Shown here in pieces: positions 37,901 to 49,800 of a stretch of 64,000 nt of DNA. The notes under the pieces are model-generated. The model saw only the letters and a program-made list of their open reading frames with translations. It searched no databases and was not told where the DNA came from. Both the position numbers and the translations under genes were made by a program. Source of the DNA: Klebsormidium nitens. Its lineage: Eukaryota > Plantae > Klebsormidiophyceae. Each line of letters begins with the position of its first letter. Position 1 is the stretch's first letter. The stretch lies in NCBI GenBank assembly GCA_000708835.1, contig DF237235.1:1-64000 (forward strand), read 5' to 3'.

Positions 37901-40900
37901 AAGTGACAATAGCATGGCAGAAAGCGAGTCTGCCTACCTACGAACACGGGACGCCCAGAAATCTCGAAGCGGAAATATATTTTTCTTAGTAGAACCTAAC
38001 GAGCAGTAAGCAAAGCCGGCGACCTGGCCCGGCGGAAAAGAAGTATCGACTCGCTGTAGTTGTTCCCAATGAATCTCAGAAGAATCATTCCTTTCAGCGG
38101 TGTGACTCGCAAAGGCAAAGAAAAACAGTGAATAAAAGACAGAAACAGGGGCAAACATGCAGATCAAAAAGGGTGCACCATTGAAAGAGAACTGCGCTCA
38201 CTCGACAGTGAGCACCAGGACGTTGGAGATCCTCCGGTCGATAGCGCCGTTGTTGCGCAGGTGCGCTATCGCCTCCTGCATCGCGTAATTGGTTGCCCAC
38301 AGGATCCACAGCACGCCGCCGGCCATACTGGAAGCAGAAAAAACGGAAACGTGTTTTGAGAATCGGTCCAGATCTACATGTCTAGAAGGTGTCATTATCG
38401 TTATTTCCGTGTAGTTCTGGTGTTCGATAGCATTTCCAACGAGCCGCCCGTCGTCCTGAAATGCCAAGAGGGAGAAGTGTCTAAGTTAACTTTGTTTGAG
38501 GCGCCCGCTGGGACTCTTCCCTTTCGTTTCTGTCAGCTGACAGGGTCAACAGCACGCCGACCGCCATCCTGAGACGCAAATCCGTTTTCAGGATCATTCC
38601 AGTCGCTCCACATTCCGTGCTCAGTGCCCATTCGCATACTTGCTTGCAAAAGGGTTTCGTCGACGCCTCCCCTGACGTTGGCACCTCTAGTGTGCCCTAA
38701 AAGCAAGTGTGGCTTGCAATAGGCGCCCATGGAAAGGGTGGGGTTAGCCCGGTGCTCAGGGTGGCTTGGTATGTGCGCGCACAACTTCGAGTTACTATTT
38801 CTGCTTTGTTCGTTCGGGATGTATGTATATTAGGGCAGACAGCTTTTAGGGCACACAAAAACTACCGGTATCCATTGTTGTGCAAACCGCGATCCTTACT
38901 GACTTGACCGGGGCGTCGCTCGGACCATCGGGAAACACGATCAAGAACGAGGCCAGAGAACCGGTGTTAGGGAAGAGTCCCACGTCCAATATGCGGACGG
39001 AATTCCTGCGACATAGAGTTCCCACTAGGTAGCCATGCAAAGGGCCCGTCATATTCGGACAAATTGAAAGGATGACGACGAGATACGGTGATACTTGGCC
39101 CGCTTCGCTAGCCACGGAAACCAAGCAAAGGACCTTCACAGTCGTACTCTGAGAGCCGCAGAATGACCTACGATGAGATAAGCAGTTCTCGGCGCGCTTA
39201 CGCTAGCCGCGGAAGCACGAACCCCAGGTTGGACATAATGGCTTTAAAGGCGATGCCGCCGCCGAACAGGAGGGGCGCCATGATGGGCAGCGACAGCTGG
39301 CTCGTCAGCAGCTGCGAGTGGAGGCCCTGCACAGGAGAAGATAGAAGCTGACGTCATGCTGACATCATGACCATCTCTCGTAGCATCTGGCTCGACAGCC
39401 TGTGCGAGTGGAGGCCCTGAGAAAGGACAAGCAGGAAGCTGACGTCATGTTGACGCCATGAACACCTTCCGTGGCGGCTGGCTCGTCAGCAGCTGTGAGT
39501 GGAGGCCCTGAGAAAGACGACTAAATAGCTGACATGAGCACCACGTCGCTTTTCGTCAGCAGATGGATCACCCTGATTGACAGCAACTAGCAACTCAAGC
39601 ATGCCTCAGGGCACGCAGATCACATGGCCGAAAAGGAACCAAAGATCCATCTCGCCACCTGCCCTCGCCAACAGAAACTACAAGTGCGAATGCACCAACA
39701 GGTACTACAAGTGCGAATGCACCTCTATTCATCGGCCGAAAGTTCCCTCCAAAGCTGCTCATATGCCTCACCGCTACAAACGTCGGGTACATGGCTGAGA
39801 CCCGTGCAATGAAGGCGGGCAGCGCCATGGTGAGGTTGGCCATCGAGAGCGACACGCGGAAGCGGAAAAACGCCGGGTTGTTCCACCACCGCTTGATCGT
39901 CTCCCACGGCTCCTCCCACGTGTCCTCCGCCCCTGCCAAAAGCGCCAAGTCGAGCAATGGGTTCGAAAATGTCCAGATATAATGGAAAAACCTTCAACAT
40001 TTTGAGGTCTCAAAGAGTGTGAGTTGCACTTAAGAGCGTTGGGTGTTTTTCCGCCCTTCGATCGTCTTCCACAGCCCCTCACACGTGTCTTCCGCCCCTG
40101 CAACGAGCGTCAGCAAAAGGCTAAGCTTCAGGGGAAATGGGAAGCGTGGAAGTTGTATGGAGTATCTGAGGTCTTGGGGCTGCAATGAAAGCTTTGGGCT
40201 TCTATATATGCCGGCTTCAAACGTCTAAAACAAATCCCATGGTCTCTTCCCGTTTGTTCTCACCCCTGTCACGAGCCAGGCCCTGACGTTCTGATGGTTC
40301 TATGGTTGGACTTAGAGAGGAAAAATCAATGAGAGCTATGAGCTCATATGCATGCGCTTTCTTGGGTGAATACATGGAACTTTTATGTCTCGGTCTACGA
40401 GTACTCTGCCCCTGCCAAAACCAGCCAATGAGAACGTTTGATTTGGAAGATTGAGATCCGACTAGGATTTTCAAAAGTTGAAACCTTCTAGAAGCTTGTA
40501 CAAAGTCGGATGATACTCGCGCCTCCACTTGGCCGGATGCTTCGAGTTTGGAGTTCATAGAATCTTCAACAACCTTTCCTTCTCCATAAGAAAGCCGCGA
40601 CTGGTCATCTGGGATCATTGACTCAGTGAGGAAATTTTCATGTGAGCTCCGCACAGCAGACACAAAGCCCCACTTCCAAACGCCCGCAAGCCAACACTAC
40701 GCACACCTGCCACTAGCTGCAAACGAATCTCAACTTACGCAAAACGGAAGTATCTATCCCTCTCAAACATATCCAATTCCTGACCTGGCCGCCCGCTATC
40801 GCTAGTGCTCGCGTCCCCTTGCTGCCTGACAAATGCCTCTGATTCGACAGCGGCAGGCGTCTCAGTACTTGCCAACAGAACAGCCGGCTCTGATCCATCC

Positions 40901-42649
40901 CACTCGGAATCACTGTCGCTGTCTCCTAAGGAATCAGGGTCCTGTTCAGAAGCAGGCTCCGGCCGTCGGGGGTTCCGGGCTCGTCGCCAACGGTTCTGTT
41001 TGGGTCATTGTCGATAGGTTAGCATTAGTCCCAGAGACTGCAGATGATCTCAATATGAGAAAGTGTCCCGACACAAGCCGCAAAGGAGGAAGGTTACTGG
41101 GTTATCATCATAAGGAAAAACGAAGATTTCTGCTCATATCTGGAAAGACAAAAACGCTCATCTCTGTACGCTGTCTTGTTACTTGGACGAAACCCTTTAT
41201 TGAGTACCTTTGTTAAACAAAAGGCGCTGAAGACTAAGCACTATCCTCGGAAGAAGTACCGAGAATCCTCAGTTCTTTATGAAAAGATGGTGCATCAACC
41301 AAACTTCATGCTCGACATCCTGTTTGGATGCAGGGTAGAACTAATTGCAGTTATGTACTTATCTTCATCAAGAAGCGACTAAGGAGGAGATGAAAGCAAA
41401 CGCAAGAGATTCGCAGTAAGCAAAGTCCATCAGGGGCCGAACATGAAATGGATTTTACGAAAGGGGCTCCAACCCCCTTTGACGGGCACCTTTTTCAGTC
41501 TTCTAATGTCATATCCACGGCGCCAATTGGTGAAACCGGCTGTTTGATGTCCCGAGGTAAGAACAAGAAATCAGTGCTGTCTAGTAAGAGTTAGGATTGC
41601 TAAAGTCAGGTGCAGCATGCGACAAAGTGACGTCTTTTAGAAAGTCGCACTTGAAAGGTCGTCGCCGCAAGTGGCCTCTGTATCAGTCTCTTGACCTTCC
41701 AACGGCCTGAGTTGCATCGTGTTTCTGTTATGAACACCAGGGTGGTGTGAATTGTGTTTATTACCTCACCACTCATTTTATCAGACATTCTGCTGACATT
41801 GAAAACCAGAGGTAGTGGAAAGAACCATTTGTAAAAGTGCATGGACCTGATTCACGTAGTTCCCTAGCTACTGTGCACAGACAAAAAACGCAACAAGAAC
41901 ATGGACGCAGCGGGCTGTGCTTTCTGACAATTGTTCCAGGGAGTGTGCAGTAAGGGGCTTCGCACTGAGCAACGACGAGAGGCGTTTACCTGCACGCCCG
42001 ACTGGATTGCCGACAGCCCCCTTCCCGTGCTCGATACTCCCCACGTGACAGAATTGCCCATTGCTCGGAACACGCTCGCAATGCCTCTCGCCCCGCTTTC
42101 TACGTCCGCTCTGTACTGCCTCCTTCGATCGCTCTCATAGTCCCCAATTTCTTCTGATGTATACACCCTCTCCACGTCTTCCATACCTCCACTTTCAGCA
42201 GGCTCCAAACTTTCTGCCAAAGAATTGGACTCTGAACCGTAAGAAGTGCTTGGATTGCTGGGCCTTGATCTCTGCCTCCATCCGTCACTCGGCTCCGGCA
42301 ATTCTTGGGCGTCTTCCCTCCCATTTTCTCCAAGAGCTAGGACTTTCACAGATCTAGCTGACTGAAATTGCAATCGTCTTTTCTGCACAGCAAACTGCTT
42401 CAGGTTCTCGCGTTCTTTCGCCAGTGACAATCTCTCATTTGGCCACTTGTGCCGTGGACTTGCGCTTTCATTCTTGCTTACAATTCTTGAACCACACGGG
42501 CACCGACCTTCTAAGGACCGCCGCCAACTTGCACCCGCTGCAGCATGTGGTGTTGTCTGCAAATTTGAGGCTGGTAAACTAACGCTTTTTCTAAAGCCGT
42601 GCGCAGGAATAGATGATGCAGCAACCGCTGCCACCCTGTTGGTCGCCAT
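34993..42649 (-). CDS. MscS-like mechanosensitive channel protein with a predicted plastid transit peptide; lacks the C-terminal alpha/beta cage domain
   Basis: Exons: 42649-41990, 40995-40785, 39932-39772, 39326-39202, 39005-~38906 (tentative), 38327-38202, 37189-37126, 36617-36451, 35314-34993. Spliced core: GVRISSLLLPGFAAVALAGK-DVWHNYFAGFFLFAAQPFRPGDSV...WFEGVCESVDLR-YTVLRNGRQRLLVPNAHFVNREFLV, matching the MscS TM3 plus beta-domain. A small middle exon may be missing. Confidence 0.8.
35690..36485 (-). repeat. Dispersed copies of the MscS-like exon 3' end plus donor in the last intron
   Basis: Copies end at 36161, 36057 and 35708; the real exon ends at 36451. Confidence 0.85.
36775..36878. 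repeat. 51-bp tandem repeat x2 (intronic)
   Basis: TCGTTGGATTGYCGTACTYCGGGCGTTTCTCTA...TTTAGATGTGTA is repeated. Confidence 0.9.
39290..39535 (-). repeat. ~90-bp tandem repeat x3 spanning the MscS-like exon-4 acceptor
   Basis: GCTCGTCAGCAGCTGYGAGTGGAGGCCCTG...GCTGACGTCATG units; AG positions 39327, 39417, 39508. Confidence 0.93.
39677..39723. repeat. 27-bp-period tandem repeat x2 (intronic)
   Basis: ACTACAAGTGCGAATGCACC at 39677 and 39704. Confidence 0.9.
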
Positions 42650-43878
42650 TGCGAAGGACGTTGGCGGCTGGAAACTGGATTAACTTTTTAAGTTTGAAGA
42701 TATTGAGCCTTGAGTTGAAGTTGAATGAACTGTCAATTAAGAGAGCACGGCCAGAATGAAGAGAGCAGGCTGTCATGGTGTACTAAGGTAACTTACACTT
42801 TATACCATGATCAATTTGGCGGGGTGGCGAACAGCCGCAAGCACGCGCGAGCAGTCGCGAGCAATGGGGAGGCCGGGCGCGAGCAGGCGGGCTGCCGGGT
42901 GCGAAACGGCGCGAGCGGGCACGCGACCAAACAGCGGAAGTCAGCCCGGCCCGCAGCGCCTGCTCACATTCTTCTCGCTCATGCATGAGCTGTCAAGCTG
43001 TGCAACACAATGCATTACCAAGTTTTCCCATTGCTCTTGATAATGTATTAAATTAAGCATGTGAGACGGTTTTGGGGGTTCAAAGTGTCCGAATGTATGG
43101 CATATCCTACACCATATTTACTAGCAATAGAATGCGCGTCCAAGAATCAGTAATGCATTTCAGCCTGCCAATTCGAAGATCATGTTGACGCGGCCTTTCC
43201 TTTGTGAATTCGGTGTGGCATCGCGCGGTTCTAACCGGCCATGACGACTGCTGAAGAATCCTTGTTCGGTGTTGTTAAGGGGCCAACATGCCGCGCGGGC
43301 TTGCTGATGATACCTTGTTAGAAGAGCTGTCAGCATGATGGCTGGCGGCCTGGACGGCCACTTTCCCCGAGCACTGATGCTCGCTCTCTTTGGTGCGGGC
43401 CCGGCCCTCTCACGTAGGACCGGATCATGCTATGACGTGGAGGGGGCTTTGATCGAAAAGAGACCATCGAACTTGTTGGCCGCCCCGCTGCAATGCCTAG
43501 GCAATGGATCCTTCAAGCATGCGATATAGGGTACTCTGCTTGCCAGCCAACATCATCATCCTGGGCCCCACATTAACAAGATCCAACACTGTCAATATGG
43601 CAGGTGATGTTGCATAATAGAAGCTGCAAACGGAGGGAAATGCACCCGAGTCGTTCCTTGATTGCACGCTCGATCCATTGGGACCACATGCTCTTCATTG
43701 CCCGCGTGAAATCGGACAGGTAATCAAATCAAGGTGAGCACTACGGTATTCAACATCCAATAAACTTTCGTACAAGTCCCTCCTTTAGCCCCAATTGTGG
43801 TCTAGGCTCTTTTGCAGAAAGTCCTCGATGAGCTCAACGTTACTCTCAAAAACTGGTTAATCAAGTGCAAAACAGTCG

Positions 43879-46800
43879 TCAAGCTGAACCCTTCAGCAAC
43901 TTCTCTGCCTCTTGATTGATGACGTCCCAAGCAGCAAGGACGTGCTCCCGTTCGGTACGCGAGTTTCCAACACAGAAACGGAGCGTGTAGACCCCGTCCA
44001 AAACCTGAGCAGCCAACGAAATGGACATCAAAAAAGCGATCAGAATTATGATATCCTCTCTTTCGAAAGAGGGCACCAGGTTCTCACGCCGGCACTTCTC
44101 TGGAAGTTCGCCGTTGAATCAATCCACTTCCGACAGTGCCTTATAACGATGACAACATGTGCAGTGTTCCGATCGGAAATCCATGGAAACATCACTTCAC
44201 GGTCATTTTCAAGAAAGACTTTTTTAGATCTCACTTACGTTTGAGACCTTCCTCCCCAATAACTTTGCATACTAGGTTCCTTTTGGCTTTTCATCATAGC
44301 CTCCTGTCTACACCACCATGTCGCTACAGGTAGACGTCATCAAGTTCAACGCACTAAGCAATACGCTTAGTGAACCACAAGAAGTCAAAGCTAGACGGGT
44401 GGATTGTAGTTTAGGGCGGGTGTGGTTGCGGAGCCCATGTCCTTGGATTGGATTCCCGGTCAGGTCGAGGCCTTACTGTTCACTTCTGCTTATTGTTCAC
44501 TGAATCAAGAAGTTGCGGGATCCCTCACCGTGTGCGTGAAGAAGAGCTTGCCCGTCTTGTTGACGTTCTCGAGGAGCGTCGCGTTCAGCGTGCGGCCGTT
44601 GTCCGGGTCGCCTGCGGGCGGCTTCGCCCGGAAGCAGAGCAGAGCAAACGTCCGGGGGACCAGAACCTGAAGAAAAGAGCGAGAATTTGCCCAGGAAGCT
44701 TGAACCGGGCACCTTTTCCTCTCTGTCTAAGACAAAAGGTTTTACAGGCTGCTCGACAGTGTTGTCAGCCGCAAGCGTCAAAGGTGCATCCGAGAGACGG
44801 GAGTCACGCTAGTGGACCAAAAAGGAAGCGGGCTACCCACATATTTTCTCCTTTCGACGATGAGACTTTGTCCGATTGAGTCGCACCATATCAAATCGTA
44901 AGTCGAACATCAAGAAGCGCTTGCGCAAGTAGTCAGGGGGCTGACGAGTTCAAGACGTGTCACGGGCGTTACAAGTCTCCAGCCAATCGCTCCTGTCTTC
45001 GAAAGACTTGACCACGATACCTCTTCAAAAAGTGTCGCACAAACAATACCTCGCAAAGGTGTCGCACAGACGCAAGCATCCAAAAATTCTGGAGCCAAAC
45101 AACCGGCTCAATTTTTTCACTGGGGAGAGCCTTCTCTGCCCCCTATCGTCCGCATGATATCGCCAAGACTCACCTCGTAGCGCTCGTCGGCCCGTACTAG
45201 TTCCTCGAACTCGGCCGCCAGCTGGATGTGCTTCCGGAGGTATGCCCGGATACCGTTCGCTCCGTACAGGCGCATGACCAGCCACAGCTTGAGGGAGCGG
45301 AAGCGGCGCCCCAGCGGCAGCTGCCAGTCCTTGAAATCCACCACCAGGCTCGCTTCGGACGCCTGCGGACGGCAGGAAACAAATCTATGGACAGAGTGAG
45401 TCGAACCTCCGGACAGTATAACGCAAGATTCCGGTTCCCTCGCTGATACTCTGTTGAACGGTTCCCTTGAAGATCTCGATAGCGTTGGTTGCGGGGGAAG
45501 GTGGTTTGGGAAGGTGGTTTGACAATCGGTTGACAGAGTCCACCACCAGGCTCGCCTCGAACGCCTGCGGAAGGCAGATTGCTTTTTGTGGACAGTGTAA
45601 GACGGAGTTTCGAACACTGTGAAGAGTATTTTTGGACGCGGTGACGAGTCGCTGGTGGTCTCTTGAAATATTCGTTGACGACTAAAGAATCTCAGTCGCA
45701 AGGTGAGAGGTTTAAGCTGGCTGAACGGCTACAAGCTACCACCAGACTCGCCTAGGACGCCTGCGGACAAATTGGGACAACGATTCGGATGGTGTATGAC
45801 GAACAATGTATCGAGAATCCGGAGTCTTGCTGATTAGTTGTTGAACAGGACAGTGTGTAACGAAGAGCGAAACGAGAATACGGATTCTTTCTTATCAGTT
45901 GTTGAACGGGACAGTGTGTAACGAACCGAGAAACGAGAGCCCGAATTCTTGCTGAGAACTTGTTGAACGGTCCCTTAAAGACTCAACAACTTTGGTTGCT
46001 TGAGAGGGGGGTTTGAGCATCGGTTGGACAGATTTTCCGACCAGGGTCGCCTCGACGTGCTGCGGACAGAGGGAGACGGAATTTCGGACGCTTGCAGGCT
46101 GACGCTCTGTTAGATTACCCTTAACTAATCCAAAAGACCCTCAGTCGCAAGATAAGGTGGTCGAAGGGCCTGTTGGGCGCTATCCTACCACCGAGCGCGC
46201 GTCGGCCGCCTGCCGTCCGTGTGAAACAGAATTTCGGACGCTGTGACTTTTCGTCGATTTTCCGTTGACTGGTTTCTGACATTCAGACGCTGATTTCAAC
46301 TTGAGTAGCAATCACTTCCAGTAAGAAAGGAAACAGTCTTTCAAAAAGATTGGCTGGGAATTGTCGTCCACTTACCGCGTTGCGCAGGTACTCTGGTTGC
46401 AGGGACAACGCATCTAGCAGCGGCTTCGAATCCTGCACAAGCGAGGGGAAATTTCAAACGTCACTATTCGGAGGCAAATTGCAGTCCAACGCTGTCGGGT
46501 CTTAGCGTGGCACGGATGTCAAAACGGGAGGAAGGAGAACATGGACCCCCGACAAGCTTTTCCCGTAAGCCATAACCCCCTAGGCCATAACCGCTTGGGA
46601 TCGACGGTCCAGATTGTCTGATGCGAAGTCGATCGTCGATCCGGCGAGGCCGGATTGGCCGCCAGTCCATGTTTTCCTTCCTTCCGTTCTGTCCGACGTA
46701 AGCGACAGATCTGGTCCCAAGATGTTACAGGATTCTCTGGAAGGCTGCCGAACGCGGCAAATAGACCAATTGACATTCGTCGCTTTGCCGGCCTCTTAAG

Positions 46801-49800
46801 TACTGCATGGTTGACCCTGGTCGATGCTGAACCCTTTCTACTTTTGTAAAAACCCATGGCAAGGAATTTTTATACTGGCGAATTTCTGTCTCTGCATCAC
46901 TTCTCATCTCCAAGCGAACTGTCTGGTAGATTTCTGTCTCTGCATCACTTTCTCCATTCCAAGCGGAAAGTCTTCGAGACAATGCCTGCCCAAACCGGAA
47001 CCGACCGGGTATGTCATCGTAAAGCCCCGCTAATCCTCACCTTAACCCAAAGCAAGGAGCAGTCGAAGTTGGTCAGCATCCACTTGTGCGCGTTCATGCA
47101 GAACGAGTCCACCAGTTCGACGCCGTCCAAGTGGTGCCGCAGCTCCGGGCATATGCACGCGGGGCCGGCATATGCCGCGTCCACGTGCATCCACATGCCG
47201 TGCTCCTGCGCAAACGAAGGGGCGCTTTTAGAAGAGTTATGCAAGGCACCACGAACCTGCATACGGCGTGTTCCGCTTCCAGTCGCTGGTTTTTTTAACT
47301 ACTTACAAGCAGACTTTCCGATTTCCATCTACTTGGAAACAGACGCTACAGAAGGATATAAGGCCACTTCGGACGCTGTTTCCCTGCCTGGATAGAAGGC
47401 CACGTCGGCCGCCACTTCGGTAAATGTTGCGAGACAAGCGCTTTCTCTTTTGTAAGTCAAAGGAGTGCAAGTGCCTGAACCGGTAGCACATTCGAGAGTC
47501 GGTGAGACGTGGCCTGCTTCTGTCTGCTTACCTGGGTAATTGTACCGAGCGCCTTCAGGGGGTCAATTGCGGTCGAAGACGTTGTGCCGACCTGCGAAAG
47601 AGGCGGTGCGGAACGATGAGGCTCAACAACAGCTGGGAGAAAGATCGTGATTTTGGATTCCGTCTTATAGTAACCGATTGGTCTAGGAGAAACTTCACCA
47701 ATAGAGTGTGCTTACCCGCTGATTTTCAATGCCAGTACAACGGCGACTGAACGACGTAGGTTTCAAGGATTGGATTGATTAAAGACGATACAGTAACAGC
47801 TATTCCAGGTACCCTTGCAAAGGTCCAAAAGCGAGACTACCATTAAACTGGCAGGAGCCTCAAGTTGCAGCTTGTTCGTGGAGGCTGTTACCAAAGTCGC
47901 GTGTTGTGTGGAAGTTATTGCCATCAGCCAGCCGTTCAGCGTGTAGTGCGCAAATTTGTCCCCAAAAGATCTGAACCGTGCAACGAGGATATGCATGCAT
48001 CGAACGGCCTGGTTCTCAAGCATGGCACAAACCAGACGGCCAGCTTTCTTATTCCTATTGGATAACACCGGGGTCTTACTGTAGCGCAGAGGAAGGCCGG
48101 GACGAGCCCCGCTTCGAGGTCTTTCTTGACGGCCTCCTCGAAGACCGCGGGGTCGATCGCGAAGTTGGTGTCAAAGCTGGTCTTCAGGAAGCGCCAGTTC
48201 TTCTTCTCGATGCCGGCGACCTGCATTGACACCAAGGTTCGGGTGCGAACTGATAGTCTGTGGGGCGGCAAGTAGCCAATCTCTCTTACACGGCCGAACG
48301 TCACGGTTTCGTCAGCAATGATCGGCAGGCCTCCATGTACTAAAAGAAGCAAAAGCTGTGACACCATAGTGCCAGTGAACGAGGCGGGAAGACAATCTAC
48401 AAAAGTGGACCCGTATGGCAGACAAAGCTGCCGCTCGTCAATCTTAAAATGTGACTCCGACAACGCATGATCGGGTTTCCAGGAAGTAATACCGCGTGGA
48501 CAGACTTTTCGGTCAGCTCGATGCCGTTGCCTTCACGGAGGGCCTTCAATACGTGGCATTTTGAACAAGGTTCCACTGAGCGAGGTTGAACAGTCTAAAC
48601 CAAATACTTCGGTTTGAGTCAGCCGTGATACAAGTTACAAAACATCCGCTGATGTTGCTTCGAGATACAAGATTCCCAAGAGACTCCTCTTCAAAGAGCC
48701 GCTTGCCGAGGAGTTTGTCTATTGTGCATCCTCACCATGCACGCCTTTTGCACGCAAGAGTGCGCCTGGTCCGACGTATACACCACCAGCTTCGACAGGG
48801 CCTCCGACTGACTGATGTCCCCGCCTTGTGTCAACTTCGCCACCCACTTCTGGCGAGCCGCGAGAAGGGCGACCAAGACTGCCTCGCTGGCAGTCCCCTG
48901 GATCACTCCGCCCCCGGTTCCACCTGCCACCATAATCCTATGATTTAACTTTCTAGATACGATTATAAGAGTCTACGGGGCAAAACAGAACTAAAAACCC
49001 AAACCGACAAATGTACCCGCTCCGCACCTGTACCCACCCTTACCCCCAAAGTAATGCTGCCCGTCCCCTGGACCATGACCATATCCTACCTAGAATATCC
49101 TACCCCATCTACAGGTCTATCCTGCCACCAGGAGCAGACAGATTCGTTTGCATTAATTGCGGCTGGAATCGAATTGTGTTTGGGCAGCAGTGAACGAGTG
49201 ACTTGCTTTCAAAAAAGATTCGAAAGTGCTTCACCGAACCAGTGGCAGGTCTGTAAAGACAACTGCTCTCTTAGAGCTGCGGTCCCTTAAGTGCGCCGTC
49301 ATAAGAGGTCAAAGAGCACTTGGTGAGGGTCACGCACAGACGCAGTGAAGCTGACGGTAGACATAATTGACTCAAAGTGAGAGCTGCGGAGTCCCGATCG
49401 GATTCCCGGGCCTGACCACAGTCGTCTGGTTCTCATACATTTGCCACGCCCACTTTTATTTCTTTCGGAGACTTACCAACCGGCATCATTTCGATTCTTA
49501 TCCACTTACGTGTACACATCCTCTTGACTTCAACCTTTGTGTCTACGATATTTCTTCCTGAGTCCTTCATCACCTGCTCTTCAACAACCATCCAAATGCA
49601 GCACCGAAGGTCCCGAATCAGTCACTGGAGGATTGCCAGGCTCAATAAGCAACGATATGCTCCTCGCTTGCGGCCGTGAAAACTATCTGTCACTTACCTG
49701 TATGCAGGAACGCCTCCGGGAGGTTCAGCAGCCGGCCCACCCAGTCCAGCATCAGCATCTCCAGCTCAGTCGCTGCCGGAGAAGCCAGCCAATGGAAACC

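Noticed and set aside
39290-39535. Regularly spaced repeats resembling a CRISPR array
   Set aside because: The whole ~90-bp unit is repeated with no unique spacers, the context is a eukaryotic intron, no cas genes are present, and the repeat core is the adjacent exon start.
45340-46230. Repeat-spacer-like array as CRISPR or satellite
   Set aside because: Spacing is irregular (150-300 nt), the 'spacers' are mutually similar, and the core equals the exon-9 acceptor.
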